From Rotaria socialis (Eukaryota), in contig CAJNYT010000051.1 in NCBI GenBank assembly GCA_905331485.1, positions 407,310 through 471,309 on the forward strand: a DNA stretch of 64,000 nucleotides, in the 5' to 3' direction. The notes under the pieces are model-generated. The model worked only from the letters and a program-made list of their open reading frames with translations. It searched no databases and was not told the DNA's origin. Both the position numbers and the translations under genes were made by a program. Shown in pieces: positions 1 to 12,910 of the stretch; position 1 is the stretch's first letter; each line of letters begins with the position of its first letter.

Positions 1-721
1 CCGTATTATGAACACTATCGGGATCGTTCACTTTATGGAGGTACTCAACTATTTTTTGAAACGCGATCTAAAGGGAGTCTGGGTGGTGATAGGGTAGAAA
101 AACATCTTGATTTCGTTATAATTGTAACAGCACTTTTTCTTGCAAAGTGCGCTTGTGTCGTGATATCATCACTCTTTACTTCACACGTGCAGTACTAGAA
201 TCATACAGTAAATATATTCACTCTCCGTTTCTAAGCAAAAAACGACAGAGAATAGCAAGAAGGCAAAATTAGCTTTTGTGAGGTACGAGAATAATGCCTT
301 ATAAAAAATGTGTCAAAACTTTTGAGATATCTCTAAGGTTACCATATTCCCACGATTTGGATTTTTGTTTGTTCCTAACTACATTAGTTTATATAAAATA
401 TGATTCGATATTCATTTTTTCAACATACAAGAAAAACACTAGACTACCATTAAACAGACGAATATTAACTTTTTTCAATTCACTTATGTTTATCATTTCC
501 TTTTTCTCTCTCTCTCCTTCTGTTTTTAGATGCATTTGAGCAGCACTTTAATTATATTAGTTAACAATACCATTTTCTTTTACACTTTCTTTTTTTTCTA
601 AATTTTGTCTAGTTTCCAAAGAAACACAAAAACCTGTTTCCTAACCAATGACAAACATGTTGATATGTAGGAACTTTTATTCTTATTCTTTTTCATTATT
701 ACAAGCGTATACATCAGAAAC

Positions 722-1084
722 ATGCATGCTGTTCAATATATGCCAAAGTCAACAATTGAAATCAGTAAAATCGATGAGAATGATGAACATCAACTTGAAT
801 CTCGACCAAGTTTATCAGAACCATGGCATCCAATTCATAGTGATCGACTTCCAAGTAGTTTTGATGATCGTGCATCGCCAGTAAAAATCTATAACGACGA
901 AGAACGATCACAAGAATCGAAATCTGTCGAAGAACCAGTACAAGAAGTAAAGCCTGTGGAAAAACTCAAACAAATAACTCGCATATCGAAACCTAAAGAT
1001 TCAAAAAAATTATCATCATCTACGGCTAGTACAGAGGATGAATCAGCATTACTCAAATTGAATTCACTAAGAAAACCATGTTAG
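722..1084 (+). CDS. Unassigned acidic, Ser/Lys-rich ORF (120 aa). It may be an upstream exon of the DCX-WD40 gene or an independent small gene
   Basis: Uninterrupted 363-nt ORF in AT-rich DNA. No recognisable domain. Confidence 0.2.
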   Translation: MHAVQYMPKSTIEISKIDENDEHQLESRPSLSEPWHPIHSDRLPSSFDDRASPVKIYNDEERSQESKSVEEPVQEVKPVEKLKQITRISKPKDSKKLSSSTASTEDESALLKLNSLRKPC

Positions 1085-1846
1085 TATAGAAATTTTATTT
1101 AAATTTCGAGTGAGGCGTACTTAGAAACTATAGCATGTAATTGTCCTCAATGATTACATATAACTTAAAATATTCGATCTCTAAGTGGATTCTATTCGAT
1201 AAAAACAAGTCCGCGACTCGCAGAAAAAAATAATTGTTCTATTTATAAGTCCGCATAGTTGTTTATTCATTCTGTATTTTAGTATAATTACCATATTGCC
1301 ATTATTGAAAGGATGCGTTGTCTTCAACAATTAAGAAATAAACGTAAAATATAAATTATTTATAGAAAAATAGGAGAACATCTTATAATCGTCGTAATAC
1401 TATCAAGTTTCAATTGTGCGATCTTAACCGAAACGTAGAGAAGTGAAATTCAATTCGGATGGACAATAATTATTATTCAATAGATTTCAGTACGAAAAAG
1501 AATATTATGTATCGAAATTTTCTATCAGAGACTCTGGTTCAGATAGAATATCTTTCTAGTCCTAATGTAAGACTGCTCATAAATCTGTACTTTTCTTCGA
1601 TACGATTTCGTTGCTAATGATAGAGCATAGCTATATGCATATATTTATATTTTTAATTAACATCAGAAATTTTTTCCTATAAAAATAGATATGTAGAACA
1701 GAAAAATAAGATACTTTTTGAATGTGTTAGAAAATGCAATCATTGTCTGCGCAATCATCACGAATGTATCACACCGTTACTAATAAAGACTTCAGCTATG
1801 CTAAAAATGATGTGTAGTATGAAATCTTCCCTTTGTTTTTGAATAG

Positions 1847-2451
1847 CTCAAGCCATATCAACTATTCCTTCGATTGATCGTCGTGGAGTTAAAGGTATTT
1901 TACTTCGATTTTTTCGTAATGGTGATGACTATCATCCGGGCACTGTCATAGCAATAAATGAATTAGAAATAAAATCTTGGGAAGCATTTCTAAATTTTCT
2001 TAATCAACATCCAAAACTTATTTTATCATCTGGAGCTATTCAGTATGTTTATACTCTTGATGGGCAGCAAATTCGTTCGATGAATAAACTGGAAAATCGT
2101 CAATCATATGTTGTTGCAGCAGGACCGTTCACTAGAACAAATTATCGTTCAATCAATGACGCATTCAATGATGATTCAAATGGACGTACAAATAAAAGGA
2201 ATCCAGTTCCAAATTCAACTAAACGATCGTCAGTTGTGACAGAGCGACGTTCATCAACTATCACTGGCGATCAATTCTATATATTTCCATATTCTTGTTT
2301 AGATATGTATGAAATTATGATTTTAAATCGAAATTCAGCTGCTAAATTTGATTCATGGTTAAATAAAGAAGTAACAAGTTTACTTTATCATTATATCGAT
2401 GATGATATTATCACACATTTATTTGCAATAACAAAATCTACGTTTATTGAA
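1847..2451 (+). CDS. DCX (doublecortin) domain exon of the DCX-WD40 gene
   Basis: Acceptor gaatag at 1841-1846. The translation matches the doublecortin domain consensus (RxxRNGD...G....A.....S...L...L.........V..LYT.DG..I.S...L..G.SYV). Candidate donor gtaaag near 2452. Confidence 0.6.
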
Positions 2452-5400
2452 GTAAAGATAATTCATAATAAAATATTTTCTTTATTTTAATATGAATTTC
2501 GTTCTATAGATAAAAAGTTTTTCACAATTGTTTAATACATTGAAAATAACCGATCGATTTATTGGTTGTTCAGAAGCAGAATTTCAGCATTCACAACAAA
2601 ATTTACCAGCAATCGTAGCTGGTGGTTTCTTTAATAGCACGATATCGCCAAAGAATCCGCTGAGTGAATTTCAAAGATCAACTCTGAAACAAGGTATTTA
2701 CTTTTGAAATATTTTCTAAAATTATCTTTGATTAAATTGTTTTAGATGCAAAATTATCTATCAGTTGGATGTAAGTTAGACATACGTTTTTTCCTAGAAA
2801 AATTTTACTTTTTATCTTTTCATTTTTAGTTATGGTTATGATGGCGCCAAAGAACAAACAAAAACACTTTATAATTTATCGGACAATGAAATACTCTATG
2901 TAATCAATGCTGTATGCATTTTATATGAAATTGATTTAAAACAACAACGATTTTATACTAAACACAATAATACAATAAATTGGCAAGTGACTGATGCTCG
3001 CTGTTTGTATCTGTTCGCGTTGAAATAAATTTTTACCCTTGCTGATATTTTGTAAATGAAGCTGTGTAGGAGCAAGAAATTTGTTTTAGTTCAAAGTCTA
3101 CCCAGACAATTTATTATCTAACGGTCTTCCCACTCAAGTAGTAATCGTTTTCTGGGGTTCATCAACCTTGAATTGTGTATATAAGAAGTAATTTCCATAA
3201 AACATTGGAACATCTAACTTTTCTTTATTATTTTTCCTTGTGTAAATGAATAATTATTAATAAAAATTTCATTTTTCTCTTAATCTAGTCTTACTACTCA
3301 TCAATATCATCCGTTAGTTGCCTCAAGTGAAACAATATCATCAAACGATCGTCTTTATGTTTTAATCCACATTTGGGATCATGTGAAACTTGAAACAATA
3401 ACTAAATTATGTAAAGAACAATTTGGCTCTGAAATATTTCTTCTATCATTTTCAACTAAATCAGATGATAATTTCATTCTTATTGTTTCGCGTGATAAAC
3501 CAGAAATTATTTTGGTTACTGATTGGAAGCATAATGAAATAATCTATAGTATTACTGTAACTATCATCTTTGTCTTTTCGTTAAAACAGTAGATATCGTT
3601 TTCTTTGCCTGCTATTTAGAGTAAATCTGATAAAATACTTTCGACTTATTTTGCTTTTAATACAAACCAATGGATAACATGTATAAGTCAACAATATTTA
3701 ACATTTTATCGTATCGATTGGAATTCAAAGCCCCTGAAAATTGCAGAAGAACAAGAATCAAACGTTCAAGTAAGAGTAGCTATATTTGAAAATGACTATG
3801 ATCAATTTTCTTATGATTTTCGTATATTAGAATATTTATACGGGTGCAATTGCATTTTTTAATGCCAGTAAAAGCCTGATTGTCGGTGATAAAGTTGGAA
3901 GTGCACATATCTGGTGTTTAACCGATAATAAACCGAGATTATCAGCTGTGAAAAAAAGTATTATAGAGGTAAATATTATTCATAAACAGAATATATTCAG
4001 ACAAAAACAACATACACAATTTTTATTTCGTTAATAGAACGATGTGACGATGATTGTATCTATCAATGAAGAATCTTTTCTTCTTGCCAATGGACAAAAC
4101 CAAATGAAACTTTGGCATGTCAGGTCAAATGCTATTGCAGATATATCAGTAAAGATTCAATGCAGGAAAATACGAACATATTTTCTTTCTTGTTATTAGT
4201 TGGATGATATTTATGGTTCAATTCAATCGATATGTTCGATTCATCAAGGATTAGTCATTGGAACAAAATCAAATTATATTCTTTTAAAAGAATTCAATCG
4301 AAACTTTATTGATATTTTAATGCAAGTATGTATTTTAAATGAAAATTAAATTTCAAACAAAAAAAAAACAATTATTTCATATAGGGGCATACAGGTCCAT
4401 CGGCATATATCTGTTCGAATAAAAATACTGATTCTTTCTTTTTTACAAGTTCTGATCGATATCTATATAAATGGAATACTCGAACAAAGTTAGTTGAATG
4501 GTCAATTAGGTCTCCGGTAGGAAACACAGAAAAAAAAATATTATTCATAGAAATTCATTTTTTCTATTTCAGCAATTAATTTCATGCGTGGCTTTACATC
4601 CTCAAAGAAACATAATTATTCTTGGTACTGAAGCAAGCAAACTACTTATCTATGATACTTTATCATCATGCTATATAACAACAATTCTGTTAAGGATTAA
4701 TACCGGAGTGAAAGCAGTGCGATTTTCACCAGGTTTTATTCTATGACAAGATTCGATAAGATCATATGTTTGTTAAATTTAGATGGTGGAGATTTAGCAG
4801 TTGGATTAAAAAATGGAATGATATGTTTATTTGAAGTATTAGGCAATGGAGAGTTTAATCTGCGAACTAACGGAAATTTTCAGGTATAGAATGAATACAT
4901 ATTTCAATTTTTTTTCCTGACGATACACGATTCTTACAGAATAATAATCTACCAGTCATTGATATGATATGGTCAGTTGACTCAAGTTATCTTCTTGCAA
5001 TTTATAATGGTGACAATTATAACGTTTGTACGTAATGAATAAATTTGATTTGAGAGAAACGTTTTATAATTATGATTATAGGGTCAATGCCATCGTTTGA
5101 TGTTGTACGTGAACAAAATATTAAAAATATCTCATGGCATCAAATGACAAATCCAATGGTGTGTAATCTAATTGGTATGATAGAAATTTTCAAGTCACTG
5201 AGAAATAAATTTTCGTAGTGTTGAATCCACAAACCTATTGAATGAGATAAAAACTTGTGTATATTGTACTATAATCAACCATCATAGAATACCTATCAAC
5301 TGAGTGGCCGTGCATTTTAAAAAGAATAAAAACATTGCAGCACTTCATGATTTACATTTGATGAAAAGAATTGAAAACAAGAAAAACGACTACGCTGTGA

Positions 5401-6296
5401 AGCTCTAAAACAACTACAAGAAGAAAGACATTACTAGCTAAGTAAAAACATGTGCAAAAGCTACATCATGCAGATGAAATGTCAACTACTTTCATATTCA
5501 AAACATAACTTATGCATTTTAGTGTTGTTTTTCACAACAAAATATACTATTAATTATGAAGGACTTATAAAGATTTGGTTGGCTTAAGTAATCGAAACTT
5601 TCAAAAGGCAGCACTTCAGAAGAAGAAAAAATAAACAAGTTGTTATTCATATACTCAATTTCAAAAAACAATCTAGAAAACGCCTTATTCCCACTTTTGT
5701 GTCTCATTCATTTGAAAGAATTAATCATTTCTCAATGAAAGGGTGATTAACGTTCATATTTAGAATATAGAAAAATTAAAATGTAAAGCACTAGCTGACG
5801 GGGAAAAAATTCTTTTGAACGTTATTGTTCTTTTATATTTTTGGTGTCGCTTCTAGAATTTTTTGCTTTTAACTCTATGAAATGCAATGCTTTCTTCGTG
5901 ATGGAAAAAAAGTTGCCAGCTCGAACCTGAAAAAAGAGACGGAAATAATCCGTCGGCGATTGCGTCCGAACTATCGATTATTATTTTCTTGTTTAGACAA
6001 ATCAATAGTGGAAATGTGTACATCGGCAATCGTTTTATCATCTAATCTCGTCATTTGTGCCGGTAAAGATGGTCAAATTCGTTTATTTCAAAGTTCTAAT
6101 AAAGTAAGAAAAAATGAAGATTCTTATACAAGATTAGTTTTATTTGATTTTCATTTCATAGCGTAACATTCGAACATTACAAGTTGGCCTTGGTTCAATT
6201 CAATCTATGATACCATCGACCGGCAGTAACAGTTATCTCTTGTCAATCAATAATAATCCGGCTATTGTTGAAATTCAAGTCAATATTGAATCGTAA
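1847..6296 (+). CDS. Multi-exon gene encoding a doublecortin-domain + WD40-repeat protein (DCX-EMAP-like microtubule-associated protein); span only, at least 12 exons
   Basis: Exon 1847-2451 encodes a DCX-type ubiquitin-like fold (RFFRNGDDYHPGTVIAI...IQYVYTLDGQQIRSMNKLENRQSYVVAAG). The downstream exons lie at about 2573-2692, 2830-2983, 3383-3560, 3840-3960, 4045-4140, 4200-4320, 4385-4500, 4575-4735, 4780-4880, 4940-5030, 5070-5160 and 5920-6103. They encode WD40 blades (GDKVGSAHIWCL, MKLWHVRSNA, LVICAGKDGQIRLFQ, etc.). The terminal exon 6162-6296 ends NIES-stop. GT/AG introns visible. Confidence 0.65.
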
Positions 6297-6974
6297 TGAC
6301 TAGTTGCAAATTCACTACCGCTTATTTTCTCGCCTATTACTCAATTAAAGACTTTTTATTGATGAGCTTTGTCAAAATAAAATGAATGGGAAACTGCATC
6401 AGAAAATAAAAACACTCAAAAAAAATATGTGTTCATATGGAACAAAAGGTGTGAAAAAGGCAATCGTAGATAAAGTAATATTATTCTCTTTTGATTAATT
6501 ATAAGTTGAGCTTGGTTCCATAACTATTTTTTGATTATGCGAAATCACCGAGACTGGAAGATGATAAATCAGAACAAACCGGCAAACCGCGTGTTGTATC
6601 ACCGAACGTTTGTCCAACACGATATTTACGTTCTTGAAATTACATCAAAAGAAATTATATATAATAAACCTCTTTTTTCTTTTGTTTTTCTATTAGAAAA
6701 CTTACGAGGTAAATAACCCGTATATTTCGGAACCATTCCGGTTGGATTATAGATTTTAAAAGATGAACTTGATTTTGGACGCGTTTGTGTAAAATCAATT
6801 AAACTTCTTGTATAGCTAAAATTAGAATAAATGTTAGATATGCTTCGAATGCTTTAAAGAAAACGAGCAAAGAAAAGTTTTGTTTTCTATCCGAAAAGCA
6901 AAGCATTACTAGGCGTAAATAACCTGTCTAGAATGAGAGGAATACTGTATGAATGAAAAGCGTTAGTAAATGAT

Positions 6975-7757
6975 TTACTCTGGCCGAGCAGCATAATTTG
7001 GTGATAATGATTGATTATCAACAGTTGTAGGAAAATTTGTCGTCGAATTTGTTGTTTCAACTGCAAAACGATGCAAAGATTTTTTTGTTGCCTCATGATA
7101 ACGTGAGCCAAGACCGACTCCTATTGGAACCATACGAGGAACATAACCATGATAGCCAGGCATAGGTGGTTCGACAAAGGGTCGACGATCCTCTATAATT
7201 ATATTCAAAAATTGTCTTAATTGAAAAAACTCTCTTTACAGACCTTGTTGAGAAATTTCATTTGGATGATATGCTCGATGATAATCAAGAAAATGTTTCA
7301 CAACTGTACCACTGTTTAAACTGCGTGTTTTTGGATAAGCATTCACAGTACGTTGTAATTCTTGAATTTGTTGTCTTCCTCTTGCATATGCAGCTTGTGT
7401 TCCGGTTACACATGCATCGGTTTCAATACGATATCGATTACCGTGTTGATATTTTCGTTGAGGTACATAACCTAATTTTCGATCCATATTTAACTATAGA
7501 CAAAAATGAGGTTTTCTTCTTTTTTTTCCATTACCTGTATAACCTGGAATTAATCCATCAGGAAAGTCTCGTGTTACATATGGATCAGGTTGATCATATT
7601 TAACAATAGCATCTGATTTTGAACGTTTAATTAAATGAGGAAATTCTTTGGATAAAATATGTGTTTCTTCTCCGTATGTATGGCCTTGACGAAATCGTAA
7701 TTGATGAATGTGACCTGTATATCTATATGATAAATAAATAAAATAGCTTTTCAATAC
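6975..7757 (-). CDS. PGY-repeat protein of the CIMIP2/FAM166 (DUF2475, sperm-tail PG-rich) type; at least 3 exons, junctions unresolved
   Basis: Minus-strand ORFs contain repeated P-G-Y-x-G-x-(I/V)-P motifs (GLIPGYTGNG, RYTGHIHQLRFRQGHTYG, PMPGYHGYVPRM, PIGVGLGSRYH). The candidate gtaatg donor after PGYTG lies at about 7535. Confidence 0.4.
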
Positions 7758-8752
7758 ATGATTTTATTTTTATAGCTTTTAAAATATTCTTTTCAGTCAT
7801 TTGTCTGTCTTCTCCCTGTTGTTTCAATCATTAGCATGAAGCATTACAAGTTTAACAAAAAAAAAATAGAATTATTTCATTCGATTTCATCTTAAGCTGG
7901 TCAAATATGAATGAATTAAAGAAATCATACAAAAACAATAAAGAGCAAATCGTTTAAATTTTTGTTAATAAAAATACAAAATTCCACCAGAAAATTTAGC
8001 TTTTCGATCAATTAATATAGACAAAAACTTAGTTAATCTCGGATCGATAATTCTCATTATTAGCAACCATGTAATACTTTAGAAACTTCATCTCTGCTTC
8101 GTGGAGATAGAGCAACTCATTGTTGTCTCATAAACGATGATCGCTTACACTTCATGTTCATATCGTAGTTTTCAAACGTGAAAAATGATTACTTTGGAAT
8201 TTCCGAGCCATCTTTGAGATTAGCGAATTGCTGGCAAGCTTCAAGGGTTGGTCCACCACCGAATTCGACTGTTGTCATTTCTCCTGTTTGAGAAGAAAAG
8301 AACGAGCAATTGCAGTAGTAACGAATTGTTTAATATGTCATTTACTTCATAAACTGTTCTCGATCACTTGACGACGACCTCTACAGTTTATACATTATAA
8401 GATGGATAAGCAAATATAATCTATTCTGAAAAATAAAATATATTGAGAAAATAAATATTTATTTCAAAAGCAATGAATTTATAATAATAATATCAATTCA
8501 TTATTTAAACAATAAAATGAAAGACTTACACGTGATTGGTTAACTATTAAATATGCTTTGTTTATTCAGCTCTTTTTCTTTTGACACTGAACAAACTTAG
8601 CATTATCCGCCTCAACGTATCCGAATGAGCACAGAAGTAGTCTCTACGTCAATATCTCCTGTTAAAGGTATACCTGTACTAATTTTTGAACTGGCTAAGA
8701 TTATCTTACACATCATTTATTATATCTAGAACATACTGAAACGGTTACTAAA

Positions 8753-8959
8753 ATGGATACATCAATAAATGATGTCGAACCACCAAATCACGAAGAAACA
8801 GCAATAAATGGTGGCGAAGAAGAGGCACCAACAGAAACAAAAACAGGCAAACGAAAACGTTCAACCAAAAAGTCTGCTGAAACGGATGAAAGTTCTACAC
8901 CAAATTCTCGTCCAAGACGTACACTACCAAAACGTAAATCAGATTTCCTTAACTCGTAA
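8753..8959 (+). CDS. Possible 5' exon or uORF of the PWWP gene (basic/acidic KRKR-rich, 68 aa). It is in the same frame as the 8963 ATG and separated from it by a single TAA
   Basis: ATG at 8753. The ORF ends TAA 8957-8959, immediately upstream of ATG 8963 in the same frame. Splicing out an 18-nt gtaaaatatgcatgttag segment (8956-8973) would fuse the two frames, but an intron that small is implausible. Confidence 0.25.
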   Translation: MDTSINDVEPPNHEETAINGGEEEAPTETKTGKRKRSTKKSAETDESSTPNSRPRRTLPKRKSDFLNS

Positions 8960-8962
8960 AAT

Positions 8963-10893
8963 ATGCATGTTAGATATTTAGGTGAAGAACCAACGACTAC
9001 GAATGTGAATGGTAGTGCTAAAGCAATTAAAACTAAAGTACAACGTAGTTCAGCAGAGCAAGCAGCTGCTGATGCAGATGATGAACAAGAACGTGATAAA
9101 AATATTCCCATACTTCACGATGTTGCTGATGTTGTTTGGGTTAAAATTGGTGGGCATCCATGGTAATTGTATATATTCTTTCGCGCTGAATAAGATGTCA
9201 TTTTTCAAAATTCAGGTGGCCAAGTCTTATCATTCGCGATCCAAATGATGCAACGCGATGCTTTACTAAAGTATCCGGTGAGTGATAATAAAAGCGAAAT
9301 TGAATATAAAAAATAATTAAGAATAATTTATATCATAGGTAGTGCACGTGCAAAACGAATGTATTTCGTTGTTTTCTATGGTTCAACAGCTGATTTTGCA
9401 TGGGTTCCTGATGCAGCTATAATACCTTATCAAGGCGTTGAAGCTTTTACTAAATATGCGCAAGAAATTGTTGATAAAGTAATTAAGAGGAAATGTTTGA
9501 AATCGTTTTTACATCAATGTTTAATAGGCTCAAACAAAATCTCAAAAAGAACAATTAACAGAACGATTTCAATTGAAAGTTACTATTGGCCGTCGTGAAG
9601 ATTGGGAAATGGCTGTACGCGAAGCTGATGAAACAATTAAACAAACAAGTGAAACACGTCTAGAAGGAATTGAACCAAAACTTCAATTTTATACATCAAA
9701 AATCAGTATGAATCATTTATCGCAAGAGAACTTTTGTAGAACATGTGTTTTTGTTTAGCTACATCAAAAACTCAACCTGGTCGCAAACCAAAAGGATCAA
9801 TGGCAAAATCAGATGATGCTTCTGAATCATCAAATGCACCGACATCATCGATCGATGTTACTGATCGGTCATTACTTGCGGAAAAAACTTTCGAATTCAA
9901 ATCTGAGGATGAATCATCAAGTGATACAACACCTGTCCGTAAGACACCATCAGTTAAAATAAAACTTAAAAAGCAAACATCCCATGATGCTGATTTTACA
10001 ACAACACCGCCAGCTAAACGTCGCAATGCACGCAATTCAAATGCACCAAAAGATAGTGCAGCTAATGGCTCATCGATTTCATATCAACAACGAACACCGA
10101 CCAATACTACTGAAGCAGCGCCCACCAATGGAAATAGTACAGGAAAGAAACGAGGACGACCACGTCTTAGTAAACCATCGGTTATAACAAATGGTGATGC
10201 TGAAAAAACCGAATCAAATGCGGATACTACACCGATTCCAACCAAATCGACGACAGCAAAACCATCTATTACAAAACCACAGGCATTTCGTAATACGGTA
10301 AAGCAAAATTGACGAAATTTGTGCTTTCGAAGAGCAAATATCCTCTGATAAATATATATATATATGTTTACTTTTTGTAGTCGAACCCCGTATCATCATT
10401 AAATACTATTCTTGTTGGGCAACATCATCGTTTTGATACACGTATTGGTTTTCTTTCACCTTATGAAGAACAAGAAATATTCGATACAATCGATCGTATA
10501 CGTTCAATAAAAACATTCGAAGAAGCTGAACAAATAGCTAAACAACGTTTTGAACATATATTATGTTTGAATCTCAATAAAACACATGTTGATATTCCAC
10601 AAGAATGTAAGTTGTCAGAAAACAATTCATATCCTTCTTAACTATTTTCGGTCGAATTTTTAGGGTTTTACTCATTTTTGTTCGCTCATCCAATCTTAAT
10701 TGTTAAAAATCCACATTGGTTCGATGATAAGAAAACATCAGATTCATTGATTGACAATGACTTATTGAATGATGTCAATCGTACTCAATCGTCGAGCAGT
10801 CTACAAGTATTAAAACATCAACTACTGATCTTATCAAAATTATATCACAATGAATTACAAGTTCGTCAACCGGGCGTTCATGCAAATAAATAA
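8963..10893 (+). CDS. PWWP-domain chromatin reader of the HDGF/PSIP1(LEDGF)-like type, with an AT-hook and a C-terminal helical (IBD/TFIIS-N-like) module; 7 coding exons
   Basis: Exons: 8963-9162, 9216-9277, 9343-9478, 9528-9705, 9759-10297, 10381-10606, 10664-10890 (stop 10891-10893). The spliced translation reads ...VVWVKIGGHPWWPSLIIRDPNDATRCFTKVSGARAKRMYFVVFYGSTADFAWVPDAAIIPYQ..., a canonical PWWP fold. AT-hook GKKRGRPRLSK in exon 5. Exon 6 (FDTIDRIRSIKTFEEAEQIAKQRFEHILCL) resembles the LEDGF/HDGF-related helical domain. Donors gtaatt, gtgagt, gtaatt, gtatga, gtaaag, gtaagt. Acceptors ttcag, ggtag, aatag, tttag, tgtag, tttag. Confidence 0.75.
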
Positions 10894-12541
10894 AATTCTA
10901 TTCGAAATAGAATTTTAAAATCAAACTTATTGAATTGTATATTTTTCCCTTGTTTTTTTCACCTGCGTACATTGTAGGAGACAAAAAAGCCTATATTGAG
11001 TTTAACTCAATACCCTAGTTGCAATAATATTAAAAAAAGAAAAAGATTTTTTTTTGTTTATGTGGCTGAGAAAAAAAATTATATGTGTATGTGTAGATGT
11101 TTGTTTCTTGTATTATTGTTGTTGTACTTGATGTTTTCGTTCGGCTTTTTCCTTCTGAAATAAAATAATTTTTTTTCGTAGAGTCGAAAAAATCGATGAA
11201 ATATAGAAATTTAATTTTGTTATTATTTGATGTCGTGGATACCGATTGAAACCATTTTATCATTGAAATTGTTGTGAATAGCGGAAAATTTCGATCTTTC
11301 ACGAAACAATTATTTTGCTGAAATGTAGTCTGACTTATGAACTTACTCATTATCAGCCAGATTTTTGGCATGTAGATACTATCGTTTTAAAGCGTATTAC
11401 TTTTCTGAAGACTAAATTTCATTAAAACAAAAACTTAGAAATTTCGACGTATTCAAGTGGTTGTACTTCTTTTTTAACTGGACTGTGCAGTAAATCAATA
11501 TAAATAATGATTATTTCAAATGAAAATTCTATGAAACAACAAGAAAAGTGTGACTTTTCGGATCTGATTTGTAGACTAGGTCATCACTTCCGATAGACTT
11601 GCATTGTTGTTGATCATACGAAAGTGATTTATCAGTGTTAAACGATTGAAATACATCTCGATCTCTATATTTACGAATCAAAATATGTCATTGATGAAGA
11701 TAGTTTTATTTCTAATCATAGATTCATTTGAAATATCATTGATAGCCGCACAATTAATAGGTGATATGATCTATTTAGTTTTGGTACTTCGTGGAAGACG
11801 AATTGATTATCTTGTAATCTCCATTGCAACACAGTGAGAACTGAGAAGAATAAAATGCTTTCCAATAAAATTAAAAACAGATTACACACGTATAAATACG
11901 ATGAAAACATTAATGAATGGTGGCTGACATGCTTCAATGCACTTTATTTTACTTCCGTATAAGTTTTATTTCATACTGTTAGAGCTCATCGATATATGAT
12001 TTGTTTTTCGTTCCTTTGGTGAACTATTACATAAGCTTGGTTATCGATACGACTTGAATGATAAAATAATTAGATCAATGCATACTATGCATTGCATAGT
12101 ATGATCGACAATATGGACAGAATTATATGTGCAGTTCGTTGTGTACATTCGACGCATACAAATACACTTCTAAATGCGTATAAAAGGTTTAACCTGCTAT
12201 TTGACTGATATCAAACGAGACAACGTATATAGAAAGCTATGGTCATATAAAATCCTAACGTGAACATTTTACTTTTTTTTATTATTCCTTTGCGTGTTTT
12301 ATGTCAACACTACGAAAAATGTACCGGAGGACCTATATAGATTAGTGATAGAAAAATTATGATTCACACGAACTTTCTTGAAAAATATAGTCATTTTAAC
12401 TGAATCTCGAAATCTTTCTGGTTGCTTTCTCTCTTGCATGTAAGTTGAAACGAGAGGAACCTGACTTTTTCCGATAAACTTTCTATGCTTGTTGTTCTAT
12501 ACTGAGATATGAAAAAATTTCTTTTTATAGACATTCAATAG

Positions 12542-12543
<2 letters not shown>

Positions 12544-12576
<33 letters not shown>
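12544..12576. repeat. Compound microsatellite (AT)n(AG)n
   Basis: atatatatatatagagagagagagagagagag. Confidence 0.9.
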
Positions 12577-12579
<3 letters not shown>

Positions 12580-12910
12580 CAGTATTCTACGTTAAAGTCT
12601 TCATCGCTCTTCGTACTTTCATGAAAAACAAAATAATTTGAAATAATGATAAATATTGATATTTTCTGGTGAGCCATACTATCGCTTTCATAGTATTTTT
12701 TCCAGTTTTGAAAGCAAATCCGGCACTTCTCTTGTATTTTACTTTTTGTTCCTCACTCAAGCATTCTATTGGCATCAGGTAAGCACCAGTTTCACTTAAC
12801 TGTTCGGTCAAGTTATTTTCCGATGAAAAAACAATGGATACTTCCAGGTCATGTCTCTTTAGCTTTTTTCTTGCTATTTTCAAGATTTAAAAACTTTCCA
12901 TTATAAACGA

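Noticed and set aside
5519-6041. Minus-strand ORFs (62 aa each) overlapping DCX-WD40 gene exons
   Set aside because: Antisense to confirmed WD40 exons and introns. No features
9772-10399. Minus-strand ORFs antisense to PWWP exon 5
   Set aside because: The Ser/Asp-rich antisense frame is typical of low-complexity coding regions. The sense frame carries the AT-hook and splices correctly
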